From Euryarchaeota archaeon UBA561 (GTDB taxonomy: Archaea > Thermoplasmatota > Poseidoniia > Poseidoniales > Poseidoniaceae), in NCBI GenBank assembly GCA_002502295.1, contig DANX01000014.1:1-47485 (forward strand): DNA of 47,485 nt, read 5' to 3'. Shown here piece after piece: positions 1 through 9,500 of the stretch; the first letter of the stretch is position 1; every line of letters begins with the position of its first letter. Both the position numbers and the translations under genes were made by a program. The notes below the pieces were generated by a model, which did not search any database, was not told the DNA's origin, and worked only from the letters and a program-made list of their open reading frames with translations.

Positions 1-1
1 T

Positions 2-1951
2 CCCACCCTCGATGATGCGGTGGATTTTATTCGGCTTGAAACGGTTCAAGAACCCGGCCTGGGTGCGCCAAAGCAACCCACATCGGTGTTGGTAAAACGG
101 GATGAACACTCCTCAATGGCTTCGATGTTGTCAGGGGTCCAACGTGCGTTTAACCGCATGGACCCGGACATTGTGCTGACCGCCGGGGGAGATCAACGGT
201 GGTTTCCTTGGTTGGTTGAGCAAACCAGAGTTCATGGACGAACCTTGACTCTTGGAAGAACATCAACGCCTCTGCAGCGATCAACGAATCAACGCACGAT
301 TCACTCGTATGGACAAACCCGTCATCGACACGGAGCGTTCTTTTTGGAAGGTCGACTTCACCTTGATGTAAAGAACAGTTTCATCGTAAACGAGGGTGGG
401 CTTGCCGGGTTGTTTGAGCTCGCACAACATTCTCGGCAGTCTGCTCAAATCATTTCCCGTCTCTCTCCCGGTTCGGTCATCAGCGCCATCCAGATGCGCG
501 TCGCCATGGATGACGGCGTCCTTGTTCCATGGAAAAAAAACCGTCCTGAGGACACGAAGTCAGCCCTTGATCTCCTCCATGCAGACCGTGGTGGATTGTA
601 TTTAGACAGCAGAACCGGCGTCCATGCATCCGTCATTGAACTTGATTTTGCGAGTCTATTTCCAAGCATCATCGCAACCAGAAACATCTCTCCTGAAACG
701 TTGAATTGCTCGTGTTGCCAATCGCCTTCATCAAATCATGCCGGTGCGATTGTACCTCTGCATCCCGAAGAAGCCGTCCAAGAATTTCGTGAGCGGAGGG
801 TGCGTTCGGAATTTGGCCATGGCCTCTTTCCAATCGTTCACAAAAAATCCCTTACTGTGCCTGGATTGAACATGCATACTTGCGGCCGGATGCATGGATT
901 TCTAGGCCGTGTGGTTGCTCCGCTGATCGAGCGTCGCCGAATCCTGAAGCAGTTGCGAAAACAAAAAGGTGATGCCTACGATTTGCGGCAAAATGCACTG
1001 AAATGGTTGCTAGTGACATGTTTTGGGTACACCGGTTATCGAAATGCCCGGTTTGGACGTATCGAAGCCCATGAAGCGATCTGTGCCTGGTCTCGAGATC
1101 TTCTTCTGACCACGATTGAAGCCGCCCAGGACGATGGGTGGGACGTACTCCATGCCATCGTTGATTGTGTTTGGCTCTCTGACATTCGTGGGCGTTCAAA
1201 GCAACAGCAGCGCTTGGATGCTGAAGCATTTGCCCAGCGCCTTTCGTCCCGTGTTGGTATTCCCCTTGAATTTGAAGCGCATTACGATTTCATTGCTTTT
1301 CTACCAAGCCGAATGCACGGTTCTGGTTCACTGACGAAGTATTGGGCGTACGACGGTGAATCATTCAAGGTACGAGGTATTGAATTGAGGCAACATTCAA
1401 CGCCGCAGTGGGTTCGAACTCTCCAACAACATGGATTGGAATTGCTCGCTGAGGGGGAGCGTTCCAATGGTCTTCCATCTCAGCGTACACAGCGGTTGGT
1501 GTGGCGACATTTCCGGGCGGAAATCCGCCGATTGGCTAACGGCCTTGTTCCGTTGGAGGATCTTGTCATCACGCGCCGAACAAGTCGGACATGGCAGGAT
1601 TATCGCGTGAAGAATTTGACCTATGCTGCTCTCCTGCGAGCCCATGAACGCGGCTATGAGGTCCCACCCGGCGGTAAAGTGCGGTACGCTGTGTTGAACC
1701 GTTCATCTGAGCAGTTGTTGGAACGGGTGGTCTTGGCCGAGGAAGTGGACCAGTATGCTGGGCCCGGCACGGGTTGCGTGAGTCACTATGGTGAACTGGC
1801 TGAACGCGCCATCTGGGCGCTTCTCGCTCCTTTCGGATGGACTTCTGACCAGTTGCGCAACGGTGGGGCCCAACCGAACCTTCTGTCGTTCATGGTTCGC
1901 GATGTTGGAGCGGTAGGGCATCAACAGGAACAGGGACCTTTGGACGATTGA
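2..1951 (+). CDS. Family B DNA polymerase, 5'-truncated by the window edge; divergent, with degenerate exonuclease motifs
   Basis: The reading frame is open from nt 2, so the listed GTG at 20 is not the real start. PolB motif A is 'IELDFASLFPSIIATRNISPETL', the motif B region is 'KWLLVTCFGYTGYRNARFG' and the motif C region is 'VLHAIVDCVWL'. The Exo II region 'RMDPDIVLTAGGDQRWFPWL' aligns by eye to the Pfu-type '[20 protein letters not shown]'. Confidence 0.85.
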   Translation, partial: PTLDDAVDFIRLETVQEPGLGAPKQPTSVLVKRDEHSSMASMLSGVQRAFNRMDPDIVLTAGGDQRWFPWLVEQTRVHGRTLTLGRTSTPLQRSTNQRTIHSYGQTRHRHGAFFLEGRLHLDVKNSFIVNEGGLAGLFELAQHSRQSAQIISRLSPGSVISAIQMRVAMDDGVLVPWKKNRPEDTKSALDLLHADRGGLYLDSRTGVHASVIELDFASLFPSIIATRNISPETLNCSCCQSPSSNHAGAIVPLHPEEAVQEFRERRVRSEFGHGLFPIVHKKSLTVPGLNMHTCGRMHGFLGRVVAPLIERRRILKQLRKQKGDAYDLRQNALKWLLVTCFGYTGYRNARFGRIEAHEAICAWSRDLLLTTIEAAQDDGWDVLHAIVDCVWLSDIRGRSKQQQRLDAEAFAQRLSSRVGIPLEFEAHYDFIAFLPSRMHGSGSLTKYWAYDGESFKVRGIELRQHSTPQWVRTLQQHGLELLAEGERSNGLPSQRTQRLVWRHFRAEIRRLANGLVPLEDLVITRRTSRTWQDYRVKNLTYAALLRAHERGYEVPPGGKVRYAVLNRSSEQLLERVVLAEEVDQYAGPGTGCVSHYGELAERAIWALLAPFGWTSDQLRNGGAQPNLLSFMVRDVGAVGHQQEQGPLDD

Positions 1952-2711
1952 CCTGCGGTGAAGGCACATGAAAACGTGTCTGTAAATCGGTATTGAAGGG
2001 TAGCCACTGGCCTGCTGTTCCCGTTTGAAGATGATGCAAGTGAAGTGACCGTCGTCGCCGCCGTCCTTGCCACATCCCTTCGAGATGGTTTTCTGCGTGG
2101 CGTTGGACGTACTGAACATGGCGAGTATCCGTGAAGGGATCCTCTGCCCTTCCTGTGATGGCGATCACCGCAGCTTGTTTTCGATGCGCAAGTTCACGCA
2201 AGATGTGAACATGGCGCCGTAGTAGGGTGCGCGACTCCAATGACGATATGGCGTCGTCGTTGTGCATGGCCAGCAATCCATCGACAACGACCATGGGTGA
2301 ACGCGTGATGGCGAGTTCATCCGATAAACGTTCAAGTTGACGGTCAAGCTGATGCAGCGTGAAGCCTCGGCTGAGGTACAGACGAGCAAGACAGGCCTCA
2401 ACATCCGCTTCTAAAAATTCGAGAAGAGGGATGAACCGTGCAGGATCAATTCGGCAGGCCCCGTCAATCCAATGCACAACTTCTCCACGAGCAAGCGCAT
2501 AGGCTACCCAGTGCTCGCTAATGTCTCGCATGGTTTTTCCTGCAGGTCCAGGGCCGCTCAAATGGTAAATTTGTCCTTGAAACGGTTGGATGAGGGCAGG
2601 GTCGATGCCTCGGTGTTGTTGCGTGAGGGCGAAGATTTCCAAAGATTCTGGCGGGTCGGTTTCCATGTGAATCATTGAAGTCCGATTTTGGGGGTCGTCT
2701 ATCCTTGTCAT
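1890..2711 (-). CDS. RecA-fold P-loop ATPase (RadA/KaiC/ImuA-like); function unknown
   Basis: Walker A is 'HLSGPGPAGKT' and the Walker B-like strand is 'SPMVVVDGLLAMH', with RecA-like spacing. The C-terminal tail is Arg-rich ('GRRRRRS'). The start is ambiguous (ATG at 2711, 2675 or 2666). The 3' end overlaps the polB 3' end by 62 nt (convergent). Confidence 0.55.
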   Translation of the reverse strand: MTRIDDPQNRTSMIHMETDPPESLEIFALTQQHRGIDPALIQPFQGQIYHLSGPGPAGKTMRDISEHWVAYALARGEVVHWIDGACRIDPARFIPLLEFLEADVEACLARLYLSRGFTLHQLDRQLERLSDELAITRSPMVVVDGLLAMHNDDAISSLESRTLLRRHVHILRELAHRKQAAVIAITGRAEDPFTDTRHVQYVQRHAENHLEGMWQGRRRRRSLHLHHLQTGTAGQWLPFNTDLQTRFHVPSPQVNRPKVPVPVDALPLQHREP

Positions 2712-2775
2712 GACCCCTCAAGTTGAACTGAACACACACATCAAGTTCAAACACCATTGGCGGTGTTGAAGGTGC

Positions 2776-3906
2776 GTGGTCGATGAGGTTAGCAGCGTTG
2801 AGGCCACCGGCCCTCGTATTCTGATCCACTGCGACTTGGATGCGTTCTTTGCTGCGGTTGAAACCATCCATCATGGGTTTGATGAATCCATCCCCCTCAT
2901 CATCGGGTCCGATCCGAAACAAGGCCGTGGGCGTGGCATTGTATCCACCTGCAATTATGCAGCCCGTCAGTTCGGTATCCGTTCAGCCATGCCCGTTTCC
3001 GAGGCATGGAGGCGTTGTCCTGCCTCCCCTTTTGGACCCGGAGTCTACATCCGGGGAACGCGTGGCCTTTACAGTCGAGCCAGTCGAAAGGTGATGGATT
3101 GCCTTCGTGCGCCTGCCGTGTTGTTTGAGAAGGCCAGCATTGACGAAGCTTACCTTGACGTAACGGAAACGGTTGACGGGGATTGGGATGCTGCTCTGGC
3201 TTTGGCTGGTCAACTCCAACAGGCGATCAGAGAAGCGGTCAATCTCACCGCATCCTTTGGCATCGGACCTACACGGATCGTGGCGAAGATGTCGAGCGAA
3301 ATCAACAAGCCCAACGGCATCTTCAGAGTCATGCCCGATGAGGTTTCCCTCTTCTTTCATGGGCGGTCACTGCGCGATATTCCCGGCATCGGTCCAAAGC
3401 GAGCCACGCAGTTGGCGGAGTGGGGTTATACCACGGCCGATGAGCTCTATGAATTGGGTGAACTTTCTCTTTCACGGCTCACAGGGGAGCGGTTTGCAGA
3501 ATGGTTCATGCGGGTGGTCGACGGGGAAAGCAGTGCCGTCGTCAGCCCTCTGAGAAGCCGTAAGTCCGTCGGAAAAGAGCACACCTTTGAGCAGGACCGT
3601 GACAACCACGCTGAAGTGCTAGAACGGCTTGAACAACTGGTCCACTTGGTGATGGAGCGAGCTAAACATCTGGGCGTTTCGGGTCGGCTTGCCGAGGTAA
3701 AGATCAGATACACAGGATTTGAAACACACACCTCCGGTCGCAGCATACCGGTTGCGATGGACGATGAATCCGTGTTTAAGCGGCTTGCTCAGGTTTTGTT
3801 CGCAACAAACATTCAGCCCGATAGTCGGGTGCGACTCATTGGCTTTCGACTCGGTCAGTTGGAGATGCCGCCATCTCGTCAAACGACGTTGTTTGAGGAA
3901 GAGTGA
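2776..3906 (+). CDS. dinB: Y-family DNA polymerase IV (DinB/Dpo4)
   Basis: 'ILIHCDLDAFFAAVE' carries the catalytic Asp pair and the steric-gate aromatic. 'ASIDEAYLDVT' is the catalytic DE motif. 'LTASFGIGPTRIVAKMSSEINKPNG' and 'IPGIGPKRATQL' (HhH) are also present. GTG start, 13 aa upstream of the conserved core. Confidence 0.9.
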   Translation: MVDEVSSVEATGPRILIHCDLDAFFAAVETIHHGFDESIPLIIGSDPKQGRGRGIVSTCNYAARQFGIRSAMPVSEAWRRCPASPFGPGVYIRGTRGLYSRASRKVMDCLRAPAVLFEKASIDEAYLDVTETVDGDWDAALALAGQLQQAIREAVNLTASFGIGPTRIVAKMSSEINKPNGIFRVMPDEVSLFFHGRSLRDIPGIGPKRATQLAEWGYTTADELYELGELSLSRLTGERFAEWFMRVVDGESSAVVSPLRSRKSVGKEHTFEQDRDNHAEVLERLEQLVHLVMERAKHLGVSGRLAEVKIRYTGFETHTSGRSIPVAMDDESVFKRLAQVLFATNIQPDSRVRLIGFRLGQLEMPPSRQTTLFEEE

Positions 3907-3907
3907 C

Positions 3908-6409
3908 TTACTCAAGTTGGTGCATTTGTGTTAGTGTTGATTCAAATTCTGACAAACTTTTGGGGACGGATATGCCTGAAATTGGTTGCTTGAGACCCAT
4001 GCCTTGTTTCTGTTTGGTCGCCCATGTCTGGCCGTTAAATTCCTGTAATTCGTGGGACAATGAACAGAGGCGGGCTCCTTCTTCAGTGCCATGAGCGACA
4101 GCAGGGTAGGCATGTTCGGGGAAGTCGTCAACGTCAACGGCTGAACTGCCATAGACCGTGCTCGAGATGTGGTGGGTGAAGAACGGACAAACGGGACTGA
4201 AGGCAGCCATGAAGTCTCGAACGATTCGGTGCAATGTCCATGCGGCGGCTTCGTCTTCATCGTAAAGTCGTGACTTCACCATTTCGAGGTAATGGCTCGG
4301 TAGAAGGCCAGTTCCAAACGTCTTGAGTGCTTGAGTTGCACTGTAGATGTCAAGATTTGACCATGCCTGTTTTACGCTATGCATGGTGCGTTGGAATTCT
4401 GCCAGAATCCATCGGTCTTCAACAGCGAGTTGTTCCGGCTGCTCATCGAGGTGTTCGGGTACGTCAAATTGGGAAGCAAAACGAGCGACGTTGAACAATT
4501 TGGTTAATACTCCGAAATACTTCTTTTCAATCTCCTCGGGGTTGATGTGGAAATCATCACCCACTTGGGCCTCGCAGGCCTTCCAAAGTCTGAAGCATTC
4601 GCTCCCAATTTTGTTTGCTCGTAACTTAACCGTTTTGTCAGGCCCTTTGACTTGCCATGCTCCACTTCGTCCGTCGAAACCGCACTCAAGCACAGAATCT
4701 GCATCGATTCCATTTCCGAGTGACTTGCTCATCTTGCGACCCCATGGGTCCATGCCGAGGCCATCGATCCAGACGTGTTGGAAGCCCGGTTGGTCGAGCA
4801 CGAGGGTGGATTTGAGGAGCGTGTAATACAACCATGTTCGAACGATTTCTTTGCCTTGTGGTCGAAGCGCTGTTGGAAAGGCCTTTGCGAACACATCAGG
4901 GTGATTGAGGTAGCCGCTTACGAACAGATTGGAGTTGGAGGAATCCATCCACGTATCAAATACCTTTTCCTCGCCTTTCAATGTACCAAGTTCAGCCGCT
5001 CGTTCCTCGTACCCACCGATGTCTTCACGGCTCTCCCGGTCGAGCACTCTGCTTCCTGCAGGAGGCATGTCTTTCCACGGCTGAACGTATGTGCCCGACG
5101 GTGGAACGATGACTTTTGTTTCATCTTCGCTGTACCAGATTGGAATTTCAGTGTGGTACCATCGTCGACGGCTAATCGGCCAGTCGATGCTTATGTTGTC
5201 CATCCAGTCCAACAAGAACTGGCGGTTCCTTACAGGGTGGAAGGTGATGGAATCGATGTGTTCACGCATACGGTCTTGGATGTGGGTTTGCCGCACGTAC
5301 CATTCCTTCAAGAGAATGATTTCAACGGGGTTTTTTCCTCGCTCGGAAACGGGGATGTCTTGATCACGCTCAACGGATTGAACCAAGCGACCACTTTGCT
5401 CAAGCAACTCTATGGAGCGGGCCCGTGCTTCCAACACCGTCATGCCTTCCAACGGTCCGGAAACGTTGGTCATTTTTCCATCGAGGTCAATGGCTTGGAA
5501 GGGCGTTAACCCAAGTTCCCTGAACACTGCCACGTCGTTTTGATCCCCAAAGGAACAAACCATCAATACGCCGGTTCCAAATTCGGATTTGACCGATGGA
5601 TGTTGTTGAATTTCGACCGTTGTTTGCCGGCCATCGGTGTCCAACGGGAGGGATACTTTCGTTCCGACAAGATGGCTATATCGCTTATCATCGGGGTGGA
5701 CAACCACAACTCCGCACGCACAGATGAGTTCAGGGCGTGTCGTTGAAATGACGAGCTCTGTACCGTCTTCGCACGTCCAACGAACATCAACAAGATTGGT
5801 TTTGCGAGCGATGCGCTCGACTTCAGCATCGGCGATGGTGGTTCCTTCAACCGGGTCGTAAATGTTGGGTCGGAGGTCTTCAACGATGTCCCCTTTCTTG
5901 AACAATTCAACGAAAATGGATTGTGTTACGCTTCGGTAGTTGGGGGCATCGGTAAGGTACTCTCGGGAAAAATCACACGAGAGCCCCACACGTTTTGCGG
6001 TCTTCCTCATGGCTTGAGTAAACGATTCAATGGTCGTTTTGCAAAGGTCAAGAAATTCTTCCCGGTCGTACGTTTTCATCTTACGCTTGGTGTTTTTTTC
6101 CACGGTGAATTCAATGTTGATGCCGTTTCGGTCAACGCCCCAAGGGAAGTATACTTCTTTTCCAAGCAGACGTTGACTTCGTGCGATTACGTCGATCATG
6201 GAATATTGAGCAACAGCACCAATGTGCCATGTTCCCGAGGGGTAGGGCGGAGGTGTGTCAATGACGAACAATTCCTTTTCACTCTCGGGGTTGAATGCGT
6301 AGCGGCCGCTGTACGCCTCTTCGTTCGCGTAGTGTGCTTCTTGAATGGATTTTTCGAGGTTGATCGACCAACGCTTCTCGGGGAGTTTCGGGGCTGGCAT
6401 GGAACTCAC
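3908..6409 (-). CDS. valS: Valine--tRNA ligase (class I aaRS with CP1 editing domain)
   Basis: 'PPPYPSGTWHIGA' occupies the HIGH-motif position. The editing-domain signature is 'TTRPELICACGVVVVHPDDKRY'. The KMSKS loop is 'RKMSKSLGNG'. At 833 aa it is ValRS-sized rather than Leu/IleRS-sized. Confidence 0.7.
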   Translation of the reverse strand: MSSMPAPKLPEKRWSINLEKSIQEAHYANEEAYSGRYAFNPESEKELFVIDTPPPYPSGTWHIGAVAQYSMIDVIARSQRLLGKEVYFPWGVDRNGINIEFTVEKNTKRKMKTYDREEFLDLCKTTIESFTQAMRKTAKRVGLSCDFSREYLTDAPNYRSVTQSIFVELFKKGDIVEDLRPNIYDPVEGTTIADAEVERIARKTNLVDVRWTCEDGTELVISTTRPELICACGVVVVHPDDKRYSHLVGTKVSLPLDTDGRQTTVEIQQHPSVKSEFGTGVLMVCSFGDQNDVAVFRELGLTPFQAIDLDGKMTNVSGPLEGMTVLEARARSIELLEQSGRLVQSVERDQDIPVSERGKNPVEIILLKEWYVRQTHIQDRMREHIDSITFHPVRNRQFLLDWMDNISIDWPISRRRWYHTEIPIWYSEDETKVIVPPSGTYVQPWKDMPPAGSRVLDRESREDIGGYEERAAELGTLKGEEKVFDTWMDSSNSNLFVSGYLNHPDVFAKAFPTALRPQGKEIVRTWLYYTLLKSTLVLDQPGFQHVWIDGLGMDPWGRKMSKSLGNGIDADSVLECGFDGRSGAWQVKGPDKTVKLRANKIGSECFRLWKACEAQVGDDFHINPEEIEKKYFGVLTKLFNVARFASQFDVPEHLDEQPEQLAVEDRWILAEFQRTMHSVKQAWSNLDIYSATQALKTFGTGLLPSHYLEMVKSRLYDEDEAAAWTLHRIVRDFMAAFSPVCPFFTHHISSTVYGSSAVDVDDFPEHAYPAVAHGTEEGARLCSLSHELQEFNGQTWATKQKQGMGLKQPISGISVPKSLSEFESTLTQMHQLE

Positions 6410-6559
6410 CTGTGGCCTCCTCGGTATGGGAGGGGTTCATTCGCTCGGATGTGAGGCATCACTTCAACCCGTCGGCCTTCAAGGATTCAGGGCACAATGG
6501 ACCCATAGCGAAGGTAAGGCTTTGAAGGGTCCATGCTTGGGTAGGGTTGAGGTGGTGGC

Positions 6560-9500
6560 TTGGCTTCGGATGTCGATGAAACAAAACCCTCCACCACAGA
6601 GGCACCTGAATCAAAATCCTTTGGCAATGCCCGGCTTAACGCCATCACCGAAAAGAGCCGAGCCGTCCGTAACCAACTCGTTGGCCAAATGAAGACCATT
6701 GACTCAAAAAGAACACTGGATGCCGTGCTTGATGCTCCAAAACGCTTCAAACGCGAGTGGCAGAAAACCGGAGCGACCGGTGCGATTACAAAGTTTCCAA
6801 TCCCCACAGTCTTGGTGTTTTTGTTGCTCACCGCCTACTTCGTGTCGCAGTCGGGTTTTCTCGACAACACTCGGTTTGATGACGATCCAAACAATCCCGC
6901 CCTGAACGTCAACGGCGACCTCGAAGTTTACCTTCCAGAAGGAAGCCGTGTCGCTGAACTCATCGGTAAGGTGGAAGAAGACTGGTCCACCAACGTGATG
7001 GTTGTCTACATTGAATCCACCAAAGGAAACAACATCACAAATCAACGAATTCTTCAGGAAATTAGTTTCGTTGAGAACATTCTGAATCCTTACCTTTCAG
7101 ACGATTCGGATGACGTGATTTACATTCTTTCCCTCTCAACCGTGCTCAAGGAAGTCAACTCAAGTGCGCCTCGAATTCGTGAAGCGGTGTTCACTGAAGT
7201 CGGTGAACTTGGATGCTCGAACGACCCTACCGACGATTGTCCATCACGGGAATTTGCAAAAGAGATCAACGAGGCGTTTGCCTTGACCGACGAGCAGCTC
7301 GGTGGATCCTATGAGATTCCCAGTCAGACCACCATTGACCTCATCATTGGGGAAATGTACACCGAAGAAAACGAGCCAAGCGCGGGTTTGAATAAACTCG
7401 CTCGGGACATCGAAGGTGGGGAAGATGGCGGTCCTGATGGTGTTCTGGACCGAGCCATCATGGCGATTGCGGTCACCGAAGACCGACCTGCAAAAGAGAT
7501 CATCGCTGACACTCAAGAAGTTCTCGACGTTATCTCCAAAATGGAACGAGCCTGTGTGTATCAAGACAACGGTGAGCCCGATGAAAGGGAAGGCATGTGC
7601 ACATGGGAAGACCTCGGTCTTTCGATGGTGCTCACAGGCCCTGTTCCAATCACCAATGCGGTGACAGAATTTTCATTCAAGCTGTTTTGGGACATTTTCC
7701 CGAACGCTGTTGTGTTGGTCGCCATTGGGTTGTTTGTATTCCACTCTGACCTTCTTCAAGCTGGCATCACCGGTATCCGACCGCTTCAAGGTTTCAAGGT
7801 CGTCGTTATTGCCGGCTTGCCCACTTTGTGTGCTGTGTTTTGGACCTTGGGACTCATCGGCGCGACAAATTATGAGGTCACCATGACGGTGATCATCGTT
7901 GGTCCGATTTTGCTTGCTCTGGGGGTTTCATACGGCCTTCACATCACGAATCGGTATGCAGAAGAAGAAGGCAGCAAAGATGAGAAAATGCGAGCATCCC
8001 TCACCTCCACCGGGCGAGCAGTCTTTTTGTCGGCGGTCACAACCGTCATCGGATTTATTTCACTCGTGTTTACCCCCATGGCTCCCATTCAAACCGTTGG
8101 TATCGCCCTTTCTGCCGGGATTGTGATCGTGTATTTCCTGACCATGTTCATGGTGCCGAATTTAACTCTGATTTTGGACTTGAAGAAACCAAAACATCCT
8201 CCTCTCAAAGCGTTCGATGTGCTGGTTGATATTCCTGTCAAGCGAAACCGTGCCGTCATCGGCGTCTTTGTGTTCATGATTTTGTTGTCAGCCACAGTAG
8301 GCCAAGCGAACGTCGAAGAGAACATTGACTTGTTGGGCATGGCGCCGGAAACCGAATCACCGGTTGTAAAAATGAAACAATACAGCTCAGAGTTTGAAGC
8401 CGGACAAGTCGGTATGATTTTGGTGAACGCAAACGTGAGCGGTGACTTCAATGATGCGGATGTTTCAAACGATGATCCGGTTGAAATTTTGAAGAAAATA
8501 GACCACCTCGAGTCCTCGCTCAACACGGTTGAGAACACGTCGGCTGTGTCGGTCGTTTTCCTGATGAAATCCTCTGGCGTGCAGGTCACCGTCACTGGAG
8601 AAGGCGTGAACGACTTGTTCCAATTGATACCATGCGGCGGCAACCAGGCATGTGAAGATGTAAAACTAACAGCCAATGTGCTGTTGAATCAAAGCCAATC
8701 CCTCGACGCATCGTTTTGGGACCTCCTCAATGATCCCGATCAGTTCGGTCTTCCTGGCTCTCAGCAAAGCCAAATTTTCCTGCTTGATGTGTTCTATGCC
8801 TCGCTTACGAAAGAAACGCGGGAAATTTTCGTGAGCGAAGATTTCAGCCGGTCTTTGATCTACGTGGACATGCCGTTTATCCCCGTGGCTGACACTGCAA
8901 AAAGCGTCGATTCGGTCAACGAACAAGCTTCAACCTTCAACGGTAGACACGGAGAATCTGCTGAAGAATTGACCGGTGTTGCGGCCACGGCCATCGAGGT
9001 GAACGAATTGATTGTTGGTTCTCAATGGACCTCGCTTGGGTTTGCCATCATCCTCACGCTCATCACCCTGGCCGTCGTGTTCCGAGACATTCGGTACTCC
9101 ATTTGGACGACCTCTCCGGTTATTGCCACCGTTGCTCTCCAATGGCTTGTGATGTGGCGGATGGATGTGCCGCTCTCGTTGGTAACCGTCATGATCGGTT
9201 CAATTCTGGTCGGCGTGGGCGTTGATTTCTCAATCCACATTGCCAACAGAATTCGTGAGTTAGGTGGGGGAATACAGGCCATCCGAAGCGCGGCTGTCGG
9301 GACGGGCATGTCGTTGTTTGAGGCAGCCGTTGTCACATCGCTGGGAATGTACACTGCTTACGACATTCCGATTCCTGAAATTACACCGTTCATCACCGTT
9401 ATTCTGATCCTCCTTTGGGTGGCAGCCGCCAGCGCGCTCATATTACTACCTGCCATTTTCATCACGCTTGAAAAAATGGGCATAGGCGCCGTGAGTGGTG

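Noticed and set aside
533-540. An A8 homopolymer lies inside the polB coding region and could be a slippage or frameshift site.
   Set aside because: The reading frame is continuous through it, and conserved PolB motifs are in frame on both sides. There is no evidence of programmed or accidental frameshifting.
6410-6559. I scanned the divergent intergenic regions (6410-6559, 16787-16901, 45720-45904) for tRNA or small RNA genes and for strong archaeal TATA/BRE boxes.
   Set aside because: I could find no cloverleaf-compatible sequence, no conserved T-loop 'GTTCRA' in the proper context, and no convincing A/T-rich TATA box by eye. No call is made.
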